Assembly (NCBI GenBank): GCA_016699425.1
Contig: CP064975.1
Span: forward strand, 451,212 to 515,211
Direction of reading: 5' to 3'
Origin: Candidatus Moraniibacteriota bacterium
Lineage (GTDB): Bacteria > Patescibacteriota > Minisyncoccia > Moranbacterales > UBA1568
Length of the DNA: 64,000 nucleotides
Position 1 is the stretch's first letter. Each line of letters starts with the position of its first letter. The notes beneath the pieces were generated by a model. It was not told the DNA's origin. It searched no databases and saw only the letters and a program-made list of their open reading frames with translations. Below are positions 1 through 9,319 of the stretch, in pieces. The position numbers and the translations under genes are program-made.

Positions 1-7
1 TACGGAA

Positions 8-679
8 ATGCTGCTCCGGGAGGAATTTCCTGAGGTGCGTTTCTTTCCCCACGCGGAAAATGTCGGCTTCGGCCGTCTCATCAACACGTCTATCCGCGAA
101 TCGGTCGGGCAGTATCTGTTTTTTATCAATGCGGACATCATCCTCCAATCGGATACGATTGGCGTGCTGCTTGCCTATGCGCGGGCTCACCCAGACGTCG
201 GCCTGATCGGGCCGAAGCAACTCAATTTCAATGGTTCGCTCCAGTCGACCTGCCTTCGTTTCTATCGGCCGATGACCATTCTCTATCGCCGCACGTGGTT
301 GAAACATTTCTCGTTCGGTCAGCGACACCTCAACTGGTTTACGATGAGTGACTTCGACCATACGTATGAGCGTGACGTGGATTGGATCATGGGATCAGCA
401 CTCTTTGTTCCGCGCAGTGCTGTCGAGGTGGTCGGTCCGATGGACAATAGGTTCTTCATGTATATGGAGGATGTCGACTGGTGCCGACGTTTCTGGGAAC
501 GGGGGTATCGGGTTGTCTATGTACCCACGGCTTCTGTCTACCACTATCATGCCAAGGGCAGTGCCAAGGGCGGCTTTTTCCGCTCCCTTCTAGCCAATCG
601 TCTTACCTGGTATCATATCGAGAGTGCCCTGCGTTATTTCTTCAAGTATCGCGGGAAACCGTTACCCGAGCATCTCTAG
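8..679 (+). CDS. family 2 glycosyltransferase, 5'-truncated at the window edge
   Basis: The ORF runs in from the edge. It carries GT2-like motifs (FFINADII, DVDWCRRFWERGYRVVYVP). Stop at 677-679. Confidence 0.6.
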   Translation: MLLREEFPEVRFFPHAENVGFGRLINTSIRESVGQYLFFINADIILQSDTIGVLLAYARAHPDVGLIGPKQLNFNGSLQSTCLRFYRPMTILYRRTWLKHFSFGQRHLNWFTMSDFDHTYERDVDWIMGSALFVPRSAVEVVGPMDNRFFMYMEDVDWCRRFWERGYRVVYVPTASVYHYHAKGSAKGGFFRSLLANRLTWYHIESALRYFFKYRGKPLPEHL

Positions 680-683
680 ACCG

Positions 684-1965
684 TATGACTGAACCCGAAA
701 CACTTCCGATGTCTGAATCAGCTGCGCGTCCGAATCGAGCGCGTCGCTTCATCGCAGCGGGGGCGCTGATTGGCCTTGTCCTCTTCGCATTCTATGCCGG
801 ATATCAGAAAGGCAAGTACGGGTCGGCCATGACGGAAACGCCGATATCTCCGAACCAGGCTGTTTTCCGGAATACTACTGAGGGTGGGGATGCGTCCATT
901 GACTTTTCACTTTTTTGGAAAGTCTGGAATCTTTTGAAGGAGAAGTATGTGGATCGTGATCAACTTGATGCCAAGAAGCTTTTCTATGGCGCCATCGATG
1001 GTATGCTTGCGGCGACAGGGGATCCCCATACGACCTTTTTCGATCCGGCGGAAAATAAGGAATTCAAAGAGGGTCTCGACCAATCGTTTGATGGCATCGG
1101 GGCGGAGATGCAGATCAAGGATGGAATTTTGACAGTCGTCGCGCCACTCGAAGATTCGCCGGCCCAAAAAGCCGGGATCTTGGCGGGTGACAAGATCCTG
1201 AAGATCAATGGTGAGTCGACCGAGAATCTCGGACTGAGTGAGGCCGTCGACAAAATCCGTGGTCCACGCGGCACCGAAGTTCAGCTAACCATCTTCCATC
1301 CGGACGAGGACGGTCTCCGGGAAGTGACGGTCCAGCGCGATGTGATAACTGTGAAGAGTGTTCTCTTGGAAATCCGGGAAGGCATCGCTGTCATCAAGGT
1401 GACTCAGTTCGGTGTCGAAACAACGGATGAATTCAGGCATACAGTCGAAGAGATCCGTCGTCAGGACGTGCGCGGCATTCTCCTCGATGTCCGGAATAAT
1501 CCTGGCGGATTCCTCGATGCGGCCGTCGATCTCGCCGGCTATTTCCTGCCCTCTGGGTCAGTCGTCGTCATCGAGGAAGACGCTGACAAAAAGCGCCATG
1601 AGCTGAAAACGCGGGGCGACAATCGCTTCGGATCCTTGCCGGTGGTGATCCTGATGAATCAGGGCAGCGCGAGCGCTTCAGAAATCCTGGCCGCAGCTAT
1701 CCGGGAACACAGAGAAGACTCAGCGCTCGTCGGTGAGACATCCTATGGCAAGGGGTCGGTACAAGAACTCATCCCAGTCTCGAGCACGACGTCGGTAAAA
1801 ATCACAGTGGCGCATTGGCTGACGCCAGAGGGTCATCAGATCAATGGGGTTGGGATTAAACCCGACGAAGAAGTGAAGCTCACGCGGGATGATTTCGAGG
1901 CTGGTCGTGATCCACAGTTCGATCGGGCTTGGGCGGTGCTCATGTCCAAGACATCTCATCAGTAA
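684..1965 (+). CDS. S41 family C-terminal processing peptidase with PDZ domain
   Basis: Start chosen at the internal ATG at 684 (MTEPETLPMSES...); the listed ORF start at 481 overlaps the upstream gene. N-terminal TM helix. PDZ (GIGAEM...ILAGDKILKING). S41 core (LDVRNNPGG, MNQGSASASEI, SYGKGS). Confidence 0.75.
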
Positions 1966-1974
1966 TGTACAAAT

Positions 1975-2301
1975 ATGAGCTCATTTGAAACGTTTGAAGG
2001 AGGGCAAGAGGACCGTCTGGACAGTGCGTATGAGACAGAGCTGGTCCAATCGTCATTGCTCCAGCGAGCGTGGGCGGAACAGCGGACCAGAGAGAGGCTT
2101 GCAGCAGATGAGGATGGAAGCGAAGGGGCCATCATCGAGTGGATCTTGGCCACAGGTGAATGGTTTCGACACAATGTCATGGAATTTAAAAGTGCGCCGG
2201 GGGAGCTAAGTCGGAAGGAACATTTCCTCGGGTTGTTTGATGATGACCCCGAAGCGGCGGTTGAGGAACTCGATGAGCTCTTCAACGCGACCCGTCACTG
2301 A
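1975..2301 (+). CDS. hypothetical acidic protein
   Basis: 108-aa ORF immediately upstream of groES. No recognisable motif. Confidence 0.35.
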   Translation: MSSFETFEGGQEDRLDSAYETELVQSSLLQRAWAEQRTRERLAADEDGSEGAIIEWILATGEWFRHNVMEFKSAPGELSRKEHFLGLFDDDPEAAVEELDELFNATRH

Positions 2302-2307
2302 TCCGAA

Positions 2308-2334
2308 TTAGCACTCACTTGACGAGTCTGCTAA
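2308..2334. promoter_or_regulatory. CIRCE-like inverted repeat (HrcA operator) upstream of groES
   Basis: TTAGCACTC-N9-GTCTGCTAA. The left half is perfect; the right half has 2 mismatches against the GAGTGCTAA consensus. About 70 nt upstream of the groES ATG. Confidence 0.5.
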
Positions 2335-2405
2335 GTCTGCCTACAATTGGGACCAGGGTACACCTGTTCGGTAGTTGGATAAATGGCGTAACAATTTTTA
2401 ACACT

Positions 2406-2687
2406 ATGTCAAAGCTGCAAATTCAGCCCCTTGGGGAAAACGTGCTCGTTCGGATTGGGGCAAAGGAAACAAAGACTGCTTCGGGTCTTTTTCTACCTGA
2501 GAGTGCTTCGGGCGAACGCGAACAGCAGGGGACGGTCGCTGCGGTCGGTTCCGATAAGGCGATCGCGGTCAAGAAAGGAGACACCGTCATATTCAAGCGG
2601 TATGGAACGAGCGAAGAGCTCAAAGTGGGCGATGTCGACCACCTGCTCCTGAATTACAAGGATATCCTGGCCATCGTCATTTCCTGA
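2406..2687 (+). CDS. groES: co-chaperonin GroES
   Basis: Start ATG at 2406 (MSKLQIQPLGENVLVR...). Typical GroES pattern (KTASGLFLPE...GTVAAVG...GDTVIF..Y). Confidence 0.85.
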   Translation: MSKLQIQPLGENVLVRIGAKETKTASGLFLPESASGEREQQGTVAAVGSDKAIAVKKGDTVIFKRYGTSEELKVGDVDHLLLNYKDILAIVIS

Positions 2688-2704
2688 TGCGATTGAATGG
2701 ATGA

Positions 2705-2733
2705 AAAAACAGCCCCGCAGGGCTGTTTTTTCC
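2705..2733. terminator. rho-independent terminator after groES
   Basis: Hairpin AACAGCCC-cgca-GGGCTGTT followed by a T6 run. Confidence 0.6.
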
Positions 2734-2774
2734 CCTCTTGTGTCCTCCTTGCTTACCTGGTAACTGAGGCGCGA

Positions 2775-3614
2775 TTACTTCGCTGCCGGCTCGATTGGGA
2801 GCCCCTTCTCTTTCCAGGCTGCAAATCCTCCTGAGATGATCCGGATACCGATCGATCCCATATCGAAGAGCCGGGCACCGGACTGAAACGTATCGTTTTC
2901 ATCTGTGCCATACACGAATAAGGAGCCGATCGGGATGGACTTCCGATCTTTTTCGAGCCGAGCGAAAGGAATGTTGATTGCGCCTGGGATATGGCCTCGC
3001 ATGTACTCGCTCTCGCTCCGGACATCGACGATGACGCTCTGGACAAGTGTCCGCTGAAGTTCGATGACCTTCTCCGGAGCGATCGTGGTGACCTTGGTCC
3101 GATCGACATATGAGTTTGGATCGCTGATCGCGACCACTCCTCCGCCTTTGGCGACCCATTGCCGGATACCACCTTCGAGGAATGCAAATGTCATCTGCTT
3201 TGACGTGAAGCGGTTATGGATCTCTCGGAGCTGCTGGCTAGAATTTTCGTCGCCGGTGACGATGACGACGAGTTGGCCCGTCGGTGCGCTGTAGGTGGCG
3301 ATTTCTGCTAATCCGAGCCATTCGGAATCGATGAGGTGGTACTGCTCGAAAACCTCTCGGGGACGAACGTCGATCAGGTGAATGTCCTCACTGTGTTTAA
3401 TTCGTTCAAGAATATTTTCTGGACTGATGAAACGGAGTTCTGTGAGGCCTGATGTCTCCGACGTCTTTGTAGAGTTCGTCTGGTGGTTCTTGTACCAGGT
3501 CCGGCCGAGCATCACGATCGCTCCGCCGAACATGAGCACGGCCAGGAGTAGCACAACACGGCCTTCGCTCGAGGCTTTTCGGCGCGAACGAAACGTCCTT
3601 GGAGGGATGCTCAT
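2775..3614 (-). CDS. membrane-anchored tandem rhodanese-domain sulfurtransferase-like protein
   Basis: N-terminal TM helix. Two rhodanese-like modules (HLIDVRPREVFEQYHLIDSEW; VIVDVRSESEYMRGHIPGAINIP). The ATG overlaps the fmt stop (ATGA). Confidence 0.65.
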   Translation of the reverse strand: MSIPPRTFRSRRKASSEGRVVLLLAVLMFGGAIVMLGRTWYKNHQTNSTKTSETSGLTELRFISPENILERIKHSEDIHLIDVRPREVFEQYHLIDSEWLGLAEIATYSAPTGQLVVIVTGDENSSQQLREIHNRFTSKQMTFAFLEGGIRQWVAKGGGVVAISDPNSYVDRTKVTTIAPEKVIELQRTLVQSVIVDVRSESEYMRGHIPGAINIPFARLEKDRKSIPIGSLFVYGTDENDTFQSGARLFDMGSIGIRIISGGFAAWKEKGLPIEPAAK

Positions 3615-4612
3615 ATGAGAATGGTGCCGATGAAATCAGGATAGCCTTTGACAAAATCAGTGATGCTGACCGGATCTTTGCCTTCGAGTTGGAGCGTCAG
3701 AGGAAAGACGACGCCCGCCCCAGTGGTGATACCAATTTGTTCACCAATTTCGAGCACTGTCCCAACCGGATGACTGATCGCGAGCGGAGTTTTCTGAACT
3801 GTCAGCGTGTGCAACTTGATCCGAACTGCTCCTTCAGCTTCGCGATTCCAGTGAGTGAACAGGCCAGGCCAGGGGTACAGGCCACGATAGCGATTGAAGA
3901 TGTTTTCGGCGCTCTCATTCCAGAAAATACGCCCGTCTTCGCGCTCGATGAGCTGACAAAGTGTGGCCCCTTCTTCGGGCTGAGGGGTGGGGGAAATCGT
4001 TCGAGTGATCCAGAGCGGCAAGGTCTTGGCGAGCAGGGTGGCGCCGAGGACTGCGAGGCGCATGAGCAGTTCGGGCGCGCGCTCGTCTAGACTGATGGGG
4101 GTTCGTTCGATAGCTAGGATATCGCCCGTGTCCATCCCTTCATTGAGCTGGATAAGGGTGATTCCTGTCTCGGTGTCGCCCGCCATGAGCGCATTGGCAA
4201 CGGGGGAGGCACCTCGCCAACGCGGCAAGAGCGATGCGTGGATATTGATGCAGCCAAAACCAGGCGCCGTGAGCAGGCTTTTAGGGAGTAGTCTGCCGTA
4301 CGCTGCAACGACAATGACATCAGGTTTCCAAGATTGGATGGTGCTGACAGCCTCCGCATCGAGTTTTTCCGGCTGAAGTATCGGCAGCCCGTGTTTCACG
4401 GCGAGCACCTTCACTGGCGATGGAGTGAACTCTTGTTTGCGGCCGACTTTCCGATCGGGCTGCGTGACGACACCGACGACATTGTACGAGTGTTCGATGA
4501 GGGTGGCGAGGGCAGTACAGGCGAATTCCGGCGTACCCATGAAGACGACGGAAACTTGCGGTGGTTTGAAACCTTCGAGCGTCGCGGCGGGTGCATTAGA
4601 GGGCGTAGACAT
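3611..4612 (-). CDS. fmt: methionyl-tRNA formyltransferase
   Basis: Start at the internal Met (MSTPSNAP...VVFMGTPEFA...); the listed ORF start at 4735 lies inside def. Fmt motifs (HASLLPRWRGASP). The 17-nt overlap with def matches a def-fmt operon. Confidence 0.85.
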   Translation of the reverse strand: MSTPSNAPAATLEGFKPPQVSVVFMGTPEFACTALATLIEHSYNVVGVVTQPDRKVGRKQEFTPSPVKVLAVKHGLPILQPEKLDAEAVSTIQSWKPDVIVVAAYGRLLPKSLLTAPGFGCINIHASLLPRWRGASPVANALMAGDTETGITLIQLNEGMDTGDILAIERTPISLDERAPELLMRLAVLGATLLAKTLPLWITRTISPTPQPEEGATLCQLIEREDGRIFWNESAENIFNRYRGLYPWPGLFTHWNREAEGAVRIKLHTLTVQKTPLAISHPVGTVLEIGEQIGITTGAGVVFPLTLQLEGKDPVSITDFVKGYPDFIGTILI

Positions 4613-5087
4613 GTTTGTTTTTCTGATGTTTATATCGGTCTGAGATGAGCACCCCATCGAGATGATCAAGTTCATGCTGGATGCAGATGGCGAGTAGTCC
4701 GCGGGCCCGAAGCTTCTTATCGCGTCCGGTTTCATCGAGGGAGCGGACGGTCACCTGTTCGGAGCGTTCAATTGCAAAGAATTCTCCTGGGAGACTGAGG
4801 CAGCCTTCTTCGAAAAGGATTTTTTCAGCGCTGGCACTGGTGATTTTTGGATTGATGAGATATCGGAGGACGCCGTCAATTTCAATGACGCAGATCCGGA
4901 GGTTTTGGCCGATTTGTGGGGCGGCAAGTCCGATGCCATCAGCCGCCCGCATCGCCTGGACCATCTCGGGAAGGAGGGCTTGAATTTCCGGTGCGAGTGG
5001 ATCTTTCACCGATGCATTTTCCGCATGGAGAAGCGCGTTATCAGCTCCCGTGATGATTGGGACGGGCGTTTTCATAGAAAGTTTCAT
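4596..5087 (-). CDS. def: peptide deformylase
   Basis: Def motifs GIGLAAPQIG, EGCLSLPG and HELDHLDG. Confidence 0.85.
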   Translation of the reverse strand: MKLSMKTPVPIITGADNALLHAENASVKDPLAPEIQALLPEMVQAMRAADGIGLAAPQIGQNLRICVIEIDGVLRYLINPKITSASAEKILFEEGCLSLPGEFFAIERSEQVTVRSLDETGRDKKLRARGLLAICIQHELDHLDGVLISDRYKHQKNKHVYAL

Positions 5088-7069
5088 CCGAGGAGCGAGA
5101 GGGGATTATGAGTGATACGGATATTCGGACCCAGGGCCGTCAAACAAAGCCGCAGCTTTTCAGGGAGCGCGTGCCCGACAGGATACCGGATAAGTACATG
5201 GTAGCGGTTTTTCCGGTTAAAAGGCAAATATTTCGGTAAAATATCGATCTCTGGGAGCACGAGCCGATGCAGGAGCGCCTCAGCCTGTTCGGCCGCAACC
5301 AGCGAGGTGGAACCTTTCTGGGGATAGCATTCCAGTTGGATGAGATGATAATAGGGCGGGTAGCGAAGCGAGCGGCGTTCTTCGAGCAGACCTTCTGCAG
5401 TTGTCTCAAGTGGTTGCTGTACCCAGGTCGTCCAAAAAGCGGATTCTGGCTCAAAGGTCTGGACGGAAAGTGTTCCGTTGGTCCGGAGCTTTGCTCCGAA
5501 GCGCCGGAGCTCGCGCCAGAGTCGCTCCTCGGTCTGATAGTCGGGATAAAACAGTCCCTGATCCGGTTCGATCAGCGCGATGAGACCAAGCGGAGGCAGG
5601 GGGAGACTATAGGCTGTTTCATAGGTGGCGATAATGATGGGTGGTTGGCTGGGTTCAGTGAGAGCAGCGATGATTTTCTGGAACCCTGACTTGAGTTGCG
5701 TGGTATCTCGGTCGATGACGATTATCGCGTTGTCCAGCCCCTCGCGTTGCAGAGCGCGTTCGATCGCTTGGGTGCCAGCACCAAAACTTTTGAAATGCAT
5801 GTGGCCACAGCTGGCGCAGGCAGGGAAGAGCGCACTCTGGTAGCCACAGGTGAGGCAGCGGAAACGACCGTCCTTCATCTCGCTCAGGATCGTCTGGCAT
5901 TTCGGGCAGCGTTGCGGCGTATGGCATTTGGCGCACAGCGAGAAGCGCGACACCCCACGTTGCTTCACGAGAATCAGTATGGCGGCAGGCTGGGCATGGG
6001 CCCGTCGGATGGCCGCGATCAGGTCCGCCGATAGGACCGGGGACGTGCGGTGACGAGCATAGGACTTGCGGAGATCGATGGTCGTGAGCGCGTGTTTCTG
6101 GGAAAACACGAACGGCTTACCGGTGCGCTTGAGCGGGAGGTCTTCGGCAAAATACCTGATACCGGGAGCCACGGAAAGTTTAATACATGGAATAGCCTGT
6201 CGCTGGGCGATCCATTCTGCTATCTCGACCGCATCGTAGCGCGGCGCCATCTCCCACTGCGTATAGGACAGTTGCTTCTCGCTATCGATGATGACGATAT
6301 TTCCGAGCGAGACATACGGAGCGAAGACAGCTTGTCGGGTGCCGACGACAATATCGAGCGTTTGAGACCGGATGGCCTGGAATATCTCGTACTGTTCTTT
6401 CGGGGTACGACGGCTTGAGAGGCAGCAGACGCGGGCCTGAGGCAAGGCAGTCTGGAGCTTCTTCGTGTACAGTTCGGCAGAGAGGACTTCCGGGACAAGG
6501 AGGCACAGCAGTTTCTGCTTTTTCACGGCCTGACCCCCGAGCGCGATGAGGCGATCCAAGAGGCGCGAATCACTTGGCACAGCTTCCATGAATGACAAGG
6601 GGTGAGTCCGTTTCTTTCGACGAATAGCTTTCCGGAGTGGTTGGGTCGTCTGAGACAGAACATCTACCGCTAGCGATTCCGTGGTCGATTGCGCGGTTCG
6701 TGGTTTCCGCTGGAGCGGGAAGAAAAGCTTGAGGACGATACCGAGCGGTGCGTAGAGACGTTCGCTCAATTCCCAGGCGAGGGCGATCTGATCCGCAGTC
6801 AGCCAGCTAGGGAGGAGCGTCACCCCGACATACTTCATCCACTCGGGTACGGGTCCAGGTAGGCGGGCCGAACCGAGCGTGACACCGATGAGCGTGCGTC
6901 GGCCGAATGAGATCGAGACGAGCGAGCCCGGGAGGATCGGCGTCGGAGAAGCGTAGCTAAAACGTGGATCACGCCGGCCATAGAGCGGAGTGAGCGGGAC
7001 GACTTCGATGCGGTAGACGATCGGGAGTTTCGGCATAGCGGAAGTGCTTTCATTGTAACAGCCTCGCAA
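5084..7069 (-). CDS. priA: primosomal protein N' (replication restart helicase PriA)
   Basis: 661 aa. Helicase motifs and a Cys-rich zinc-binding insert (CAKCHTPQRCPKCQ...CLTCGY...CASCG). Confidence 0.85.
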   Translation of the reverse strand: MRGCYNESTSAMPKLPIVYRIEVVPLTPLYGRRDPRFSYASPTPILPGSLVSISFGRRTLIGVTLGSARLPGPVPEWMKYVGVTLLPSWLTADQIALAWELSERLYAPLGIVLKLFFPLQRKPRTAQSTTESLAVDVLSQTTQPLRKAIRRKKRTHPLSFMEAVPSDSRLLDRLIALGGQAVKKQKLLCLLVPEVLSAELYTKKLQTALPQARVCCLSSRRTPKEQYEIFQAIRSQTLDIVVGTRQAVFAPYVSLGNIVIIDSEKQLSYTQWEMAPRYDAVEIAEWIAQRQAIPCIKLSVAPGIRYFAEDLPLKRTGKPFVFSQKHALTTIDLRKSYARHRTSPVLSADLIAAIRRAHAQPAAILILVKQRGVSRFSLCAKCHTPQRCPKCQTILSEMKDGRFRCLTCGYQSALFPACASCGHMHFKSFGAGTQAIERALQREGLDNAIIVIDRDTTQLKSGFQKIIAALTEPSQPPIIIATYETAYSLPLPPLGLIALIEPDQGLFYPDYQTEERLWRELRRFGAKLRTNGTLSVQTFEPESAFWTTWVQQPLETTAEGLLEERRSLRYPPYYHLIQLECYPQKGSTSLVAAEQAEALLHRLVLPEIDILPKYLPFNRKNRYHVLIRYPVGHALPEKLRLCLTALGPNIRITHNPLSLLG

Positions 7070-7204
7070 GAAATCCGATTATTTTAGAGCTGACGTGTTT
7101 GGAACCCTTTATCTGCAAGAGGGAGCCTATCTATCGGCAATCGGATATGGTAGCTTGCCGGAGACCCAGGAATTCTCTATGATGGGTGGACCACAACTCT
7201 ACCT

Positions 7205-7759
7205 ATGCTCATCACCCGCCGTCTTTTCATCGGTATCCCGCTTAGTCCTCGGCTTCAAAAGAGGCTCGAATCTGAGGTGTCCCGCTTTGAGTCGAGTCCG
7301 ATTATCCCGACCCGAAAGGGGAATTTCCATGTCACGCTGCTTTTCCTCGGGTTTGTCAACGAGGAAGAGATACCGCGGATTACGGATGCGCTCACGGATG
7401 CCGTGGTGGATATCGAACCGTTTGAACTCGACTTTACCGCAATTCAAACCGAACCGAATAACGAACACCCGACGATGGTTTGGCTCACGGGTGAGGCTTC
7501 GGCGGAGCTGGTCCGACTGCGCAATACCGTCGCTCGCGCGCTCGACTATCTGACCCCAGAGTCCAAGACGTTCCGTCCGCATGTGCTCCTCGCCAAAGTC
7601 CGGCGCGGGAAATATGAGGCACTGGATACCAAACCTGAGTTCGCCAAGCTCCTCCATCTCAGTGAATCAGTCGATGTCGTTACACTCTTTGAATCGACGC
7701 TCGAGAACGGCAAACGAGCCTATCTCCCACTGGCCGATTTTCCGCTGGGCGGGGAATAA
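7205..7759 (+). CDS. thpR: RNA 2',3'-cyclic phosphodiesterase (2H phosphoesterase, LigT/ThpR family)
   Basis: Two H-x-T/S-x motifs (HVTLLFLG and HVLLAK) at the spacing typical of the 2H family. Confidence 0.7.
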   Translation: MLITRRLFIGIPLSPRLQKRLESEVSRFESSPIIPTRKGNFHVTLLFLGFVNEEEIPRITDALTDAVVDIEPFELDFTAIQTEPNNEHPTMVWLTGEASAELVRLRNTVARALDYLTPESKTFRPHVLLAKVRRGKYEALDTKPEFAKLLHLSESVDVVTLFESTLENGKRAYLPLADFPLGGE

Positions 7760-7813
7760 CGTGATTCCTCAGTATTGATTGATCCCTCCTTCTATATTCG
7801 ACTCTTAGTAACT

Positions 7814-8512
7814 ATGAATATCTTCGGTATCGGTATCGATAATCTCACACACGCCGCGGTCCTGACGCAGATTGATCATTGGCTGGCCGGGGGCGATGCC
7901 TTTCACCGGATCGCGACGGTCAATCCTGAGTTCCTCCTGCTCGCCGAACGGAATGCGGCTTTCCGCGGTGCGCTCCTCTCGGCTGATTTACGTCTCGCGG
8001 ATGGGAGCGGCCTCCACCTCCCGTTTTTCTTGGCGGGTGAATCCCTCATCGAACGCATACCGGGTGCGGATCTCTTGCCCGAGATACTCCAGCGTGCGAA
8101 TGAACGCTTTCTTTCGGTCGGCCTCATCCTCGCTCCCGATGGACTGACGTCCTTTGAAGACATCAAAAAAGAGCTGCGTGAACACCATCCCAATCTTGCT
8201 ATTTTCAAATTCGCGCCCGAATATTTTTCACCACAAAAACCTATCCCCTATAACCTCGTTTTTTGCAATTATGGTGCGCCGCTCCAGGAAATTGTCCTCG
8301 CTGGGCTGCGTCAAAATGCGGGCGCAATTCGACTGGCCATGGGTGTCGGCGGGGCAATTGATTTCCTCACGGGGCGGATTCCGCGGGCGCCGAAAGCCAT
8401 CCGTACACTTGGCCTCGAATGGTCCTGGCGCCTCTGGCAGCAACCCAAGCGCTTCCGTCGCATCTGGAACGCAGTAGTCGTGTTTCCGGTGAAAGTTCTC
8501 TCACAGAAGTAA
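7814..8512 (+). CDS. WecB/TagA/CpsF family glycosyltransferase
   Basis: Start chosen at MNIFGIGIDNLT; the listed ORF start is 7775. Family-like motifs (DGSGL, GLEWSWRL). Confidence 0.55.
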   Translation: MNIFGIGIDNLTHAAVLTQIDHWLAGGDAFHRIATVNPEFLLLAERNAAFRGALLSADLRLADGSGLHLPFFLAGESLIERIPGADLLPEILQRANERFLSVGLILAPDGLTSFEDIKKELREHHPNLAIFKFAPEYFSPQKPIPYNLVFCNYGAPLQEIVLAGLRQNAGAIRLAMGVGGAIDFLTGRIPRAPKAIRTLGLEWSWRLWQQPKRFRRIWNAVVVFPVKVLSQK

Positions 8513-8585
8513 CGTATAAAAAGAAGACCGCCGAGAGCTCGTGAAAGTCTCGACGGGTAAGTGATCCATTCGGATCGCGAATGTT

Positions 8586-9149
8586 TTAGCGGAGGGTGAC
8601 TCGCGTAAATCCCAGTTTTTCCAATTCCTTGAACTTGGTATACATGTCAGCGATTTGTGCTGGTACGTTCTTGGCTTTGGACATCACCGTTCCGTCCAAT
8701 GTCGCAAGGCTCAGGTCCGTAACGCCGCCGAAGGCCGTCATGGAGTTGTACGATGCTTCGAGCGCTACGCCGTGACCCCACGTATCGCCTGTCGATCGAC
8801 AGACCATGTCGATAGAGATGCGGAATCCTGACTGCCCGGTGGCTCGGACAATTACGCTGGACTGTGCGCTGTGGTCAGCTGTTCTAGCAAGCCGTTCCCT
8901 CATGTCTTCCGGCACCTCGTCCCAGTTATACGGGTAGTTGATGGCGCCAGCTTGTACGAATGCATCAAGGATGTCTTGCGCTGTTTGAACGATCCGAGCT
9001 TTCTGGTTAACATCCTGGTTGCAGTTCTCTGACATCGACGTGCAAATGTACGTCACCAGTGAGGGTGTTGACGGGCCGCATTTTACGAGGAGGTTGGCAA
9101 ACAGTTCTGCTTGCGCGATTGACTTGGCTACGTGGCGGAAATATCTCAT
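8586..9149 (-). CDS. hypothetical protein
   Basis: Start chosen at the internal Met (MRYFRHVAKS); the listed ORF start is 9230. No motif recognised. Confidence 0.4.
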   Translation of the reverse strand: MRYFRHVAKSIAQAELFANLLVKCGPSTPSLVTYICTSMSENCNQDVNQKARIVQTAQDILDAFVQAGAINYPYNWDEVPEDMRERLARTADHSAQSSVIVRATGQSGFRISIDMVCRSTGDTWGHGVALEASYNSMTAFGGVTDLSLATLDGTVMSKAKNVPAQIADMYTKFKELEKLGFTRVTLR

Positions 9150-9319
9150 GTAACTCTCCTGATGATGTGGCTGAATGGGCCGGTTAAAGTACGAATCGAT
9201 ACCAACGGTACCGAAGCGATATATTAGCATATCTTGACTCTAAAGTCAATTGCTAAATATGGCTTAGATAAAGGGCGTGCCTCTATACCAATGCATCGGT
9301 GTAGTGGTATAATCAAGCC

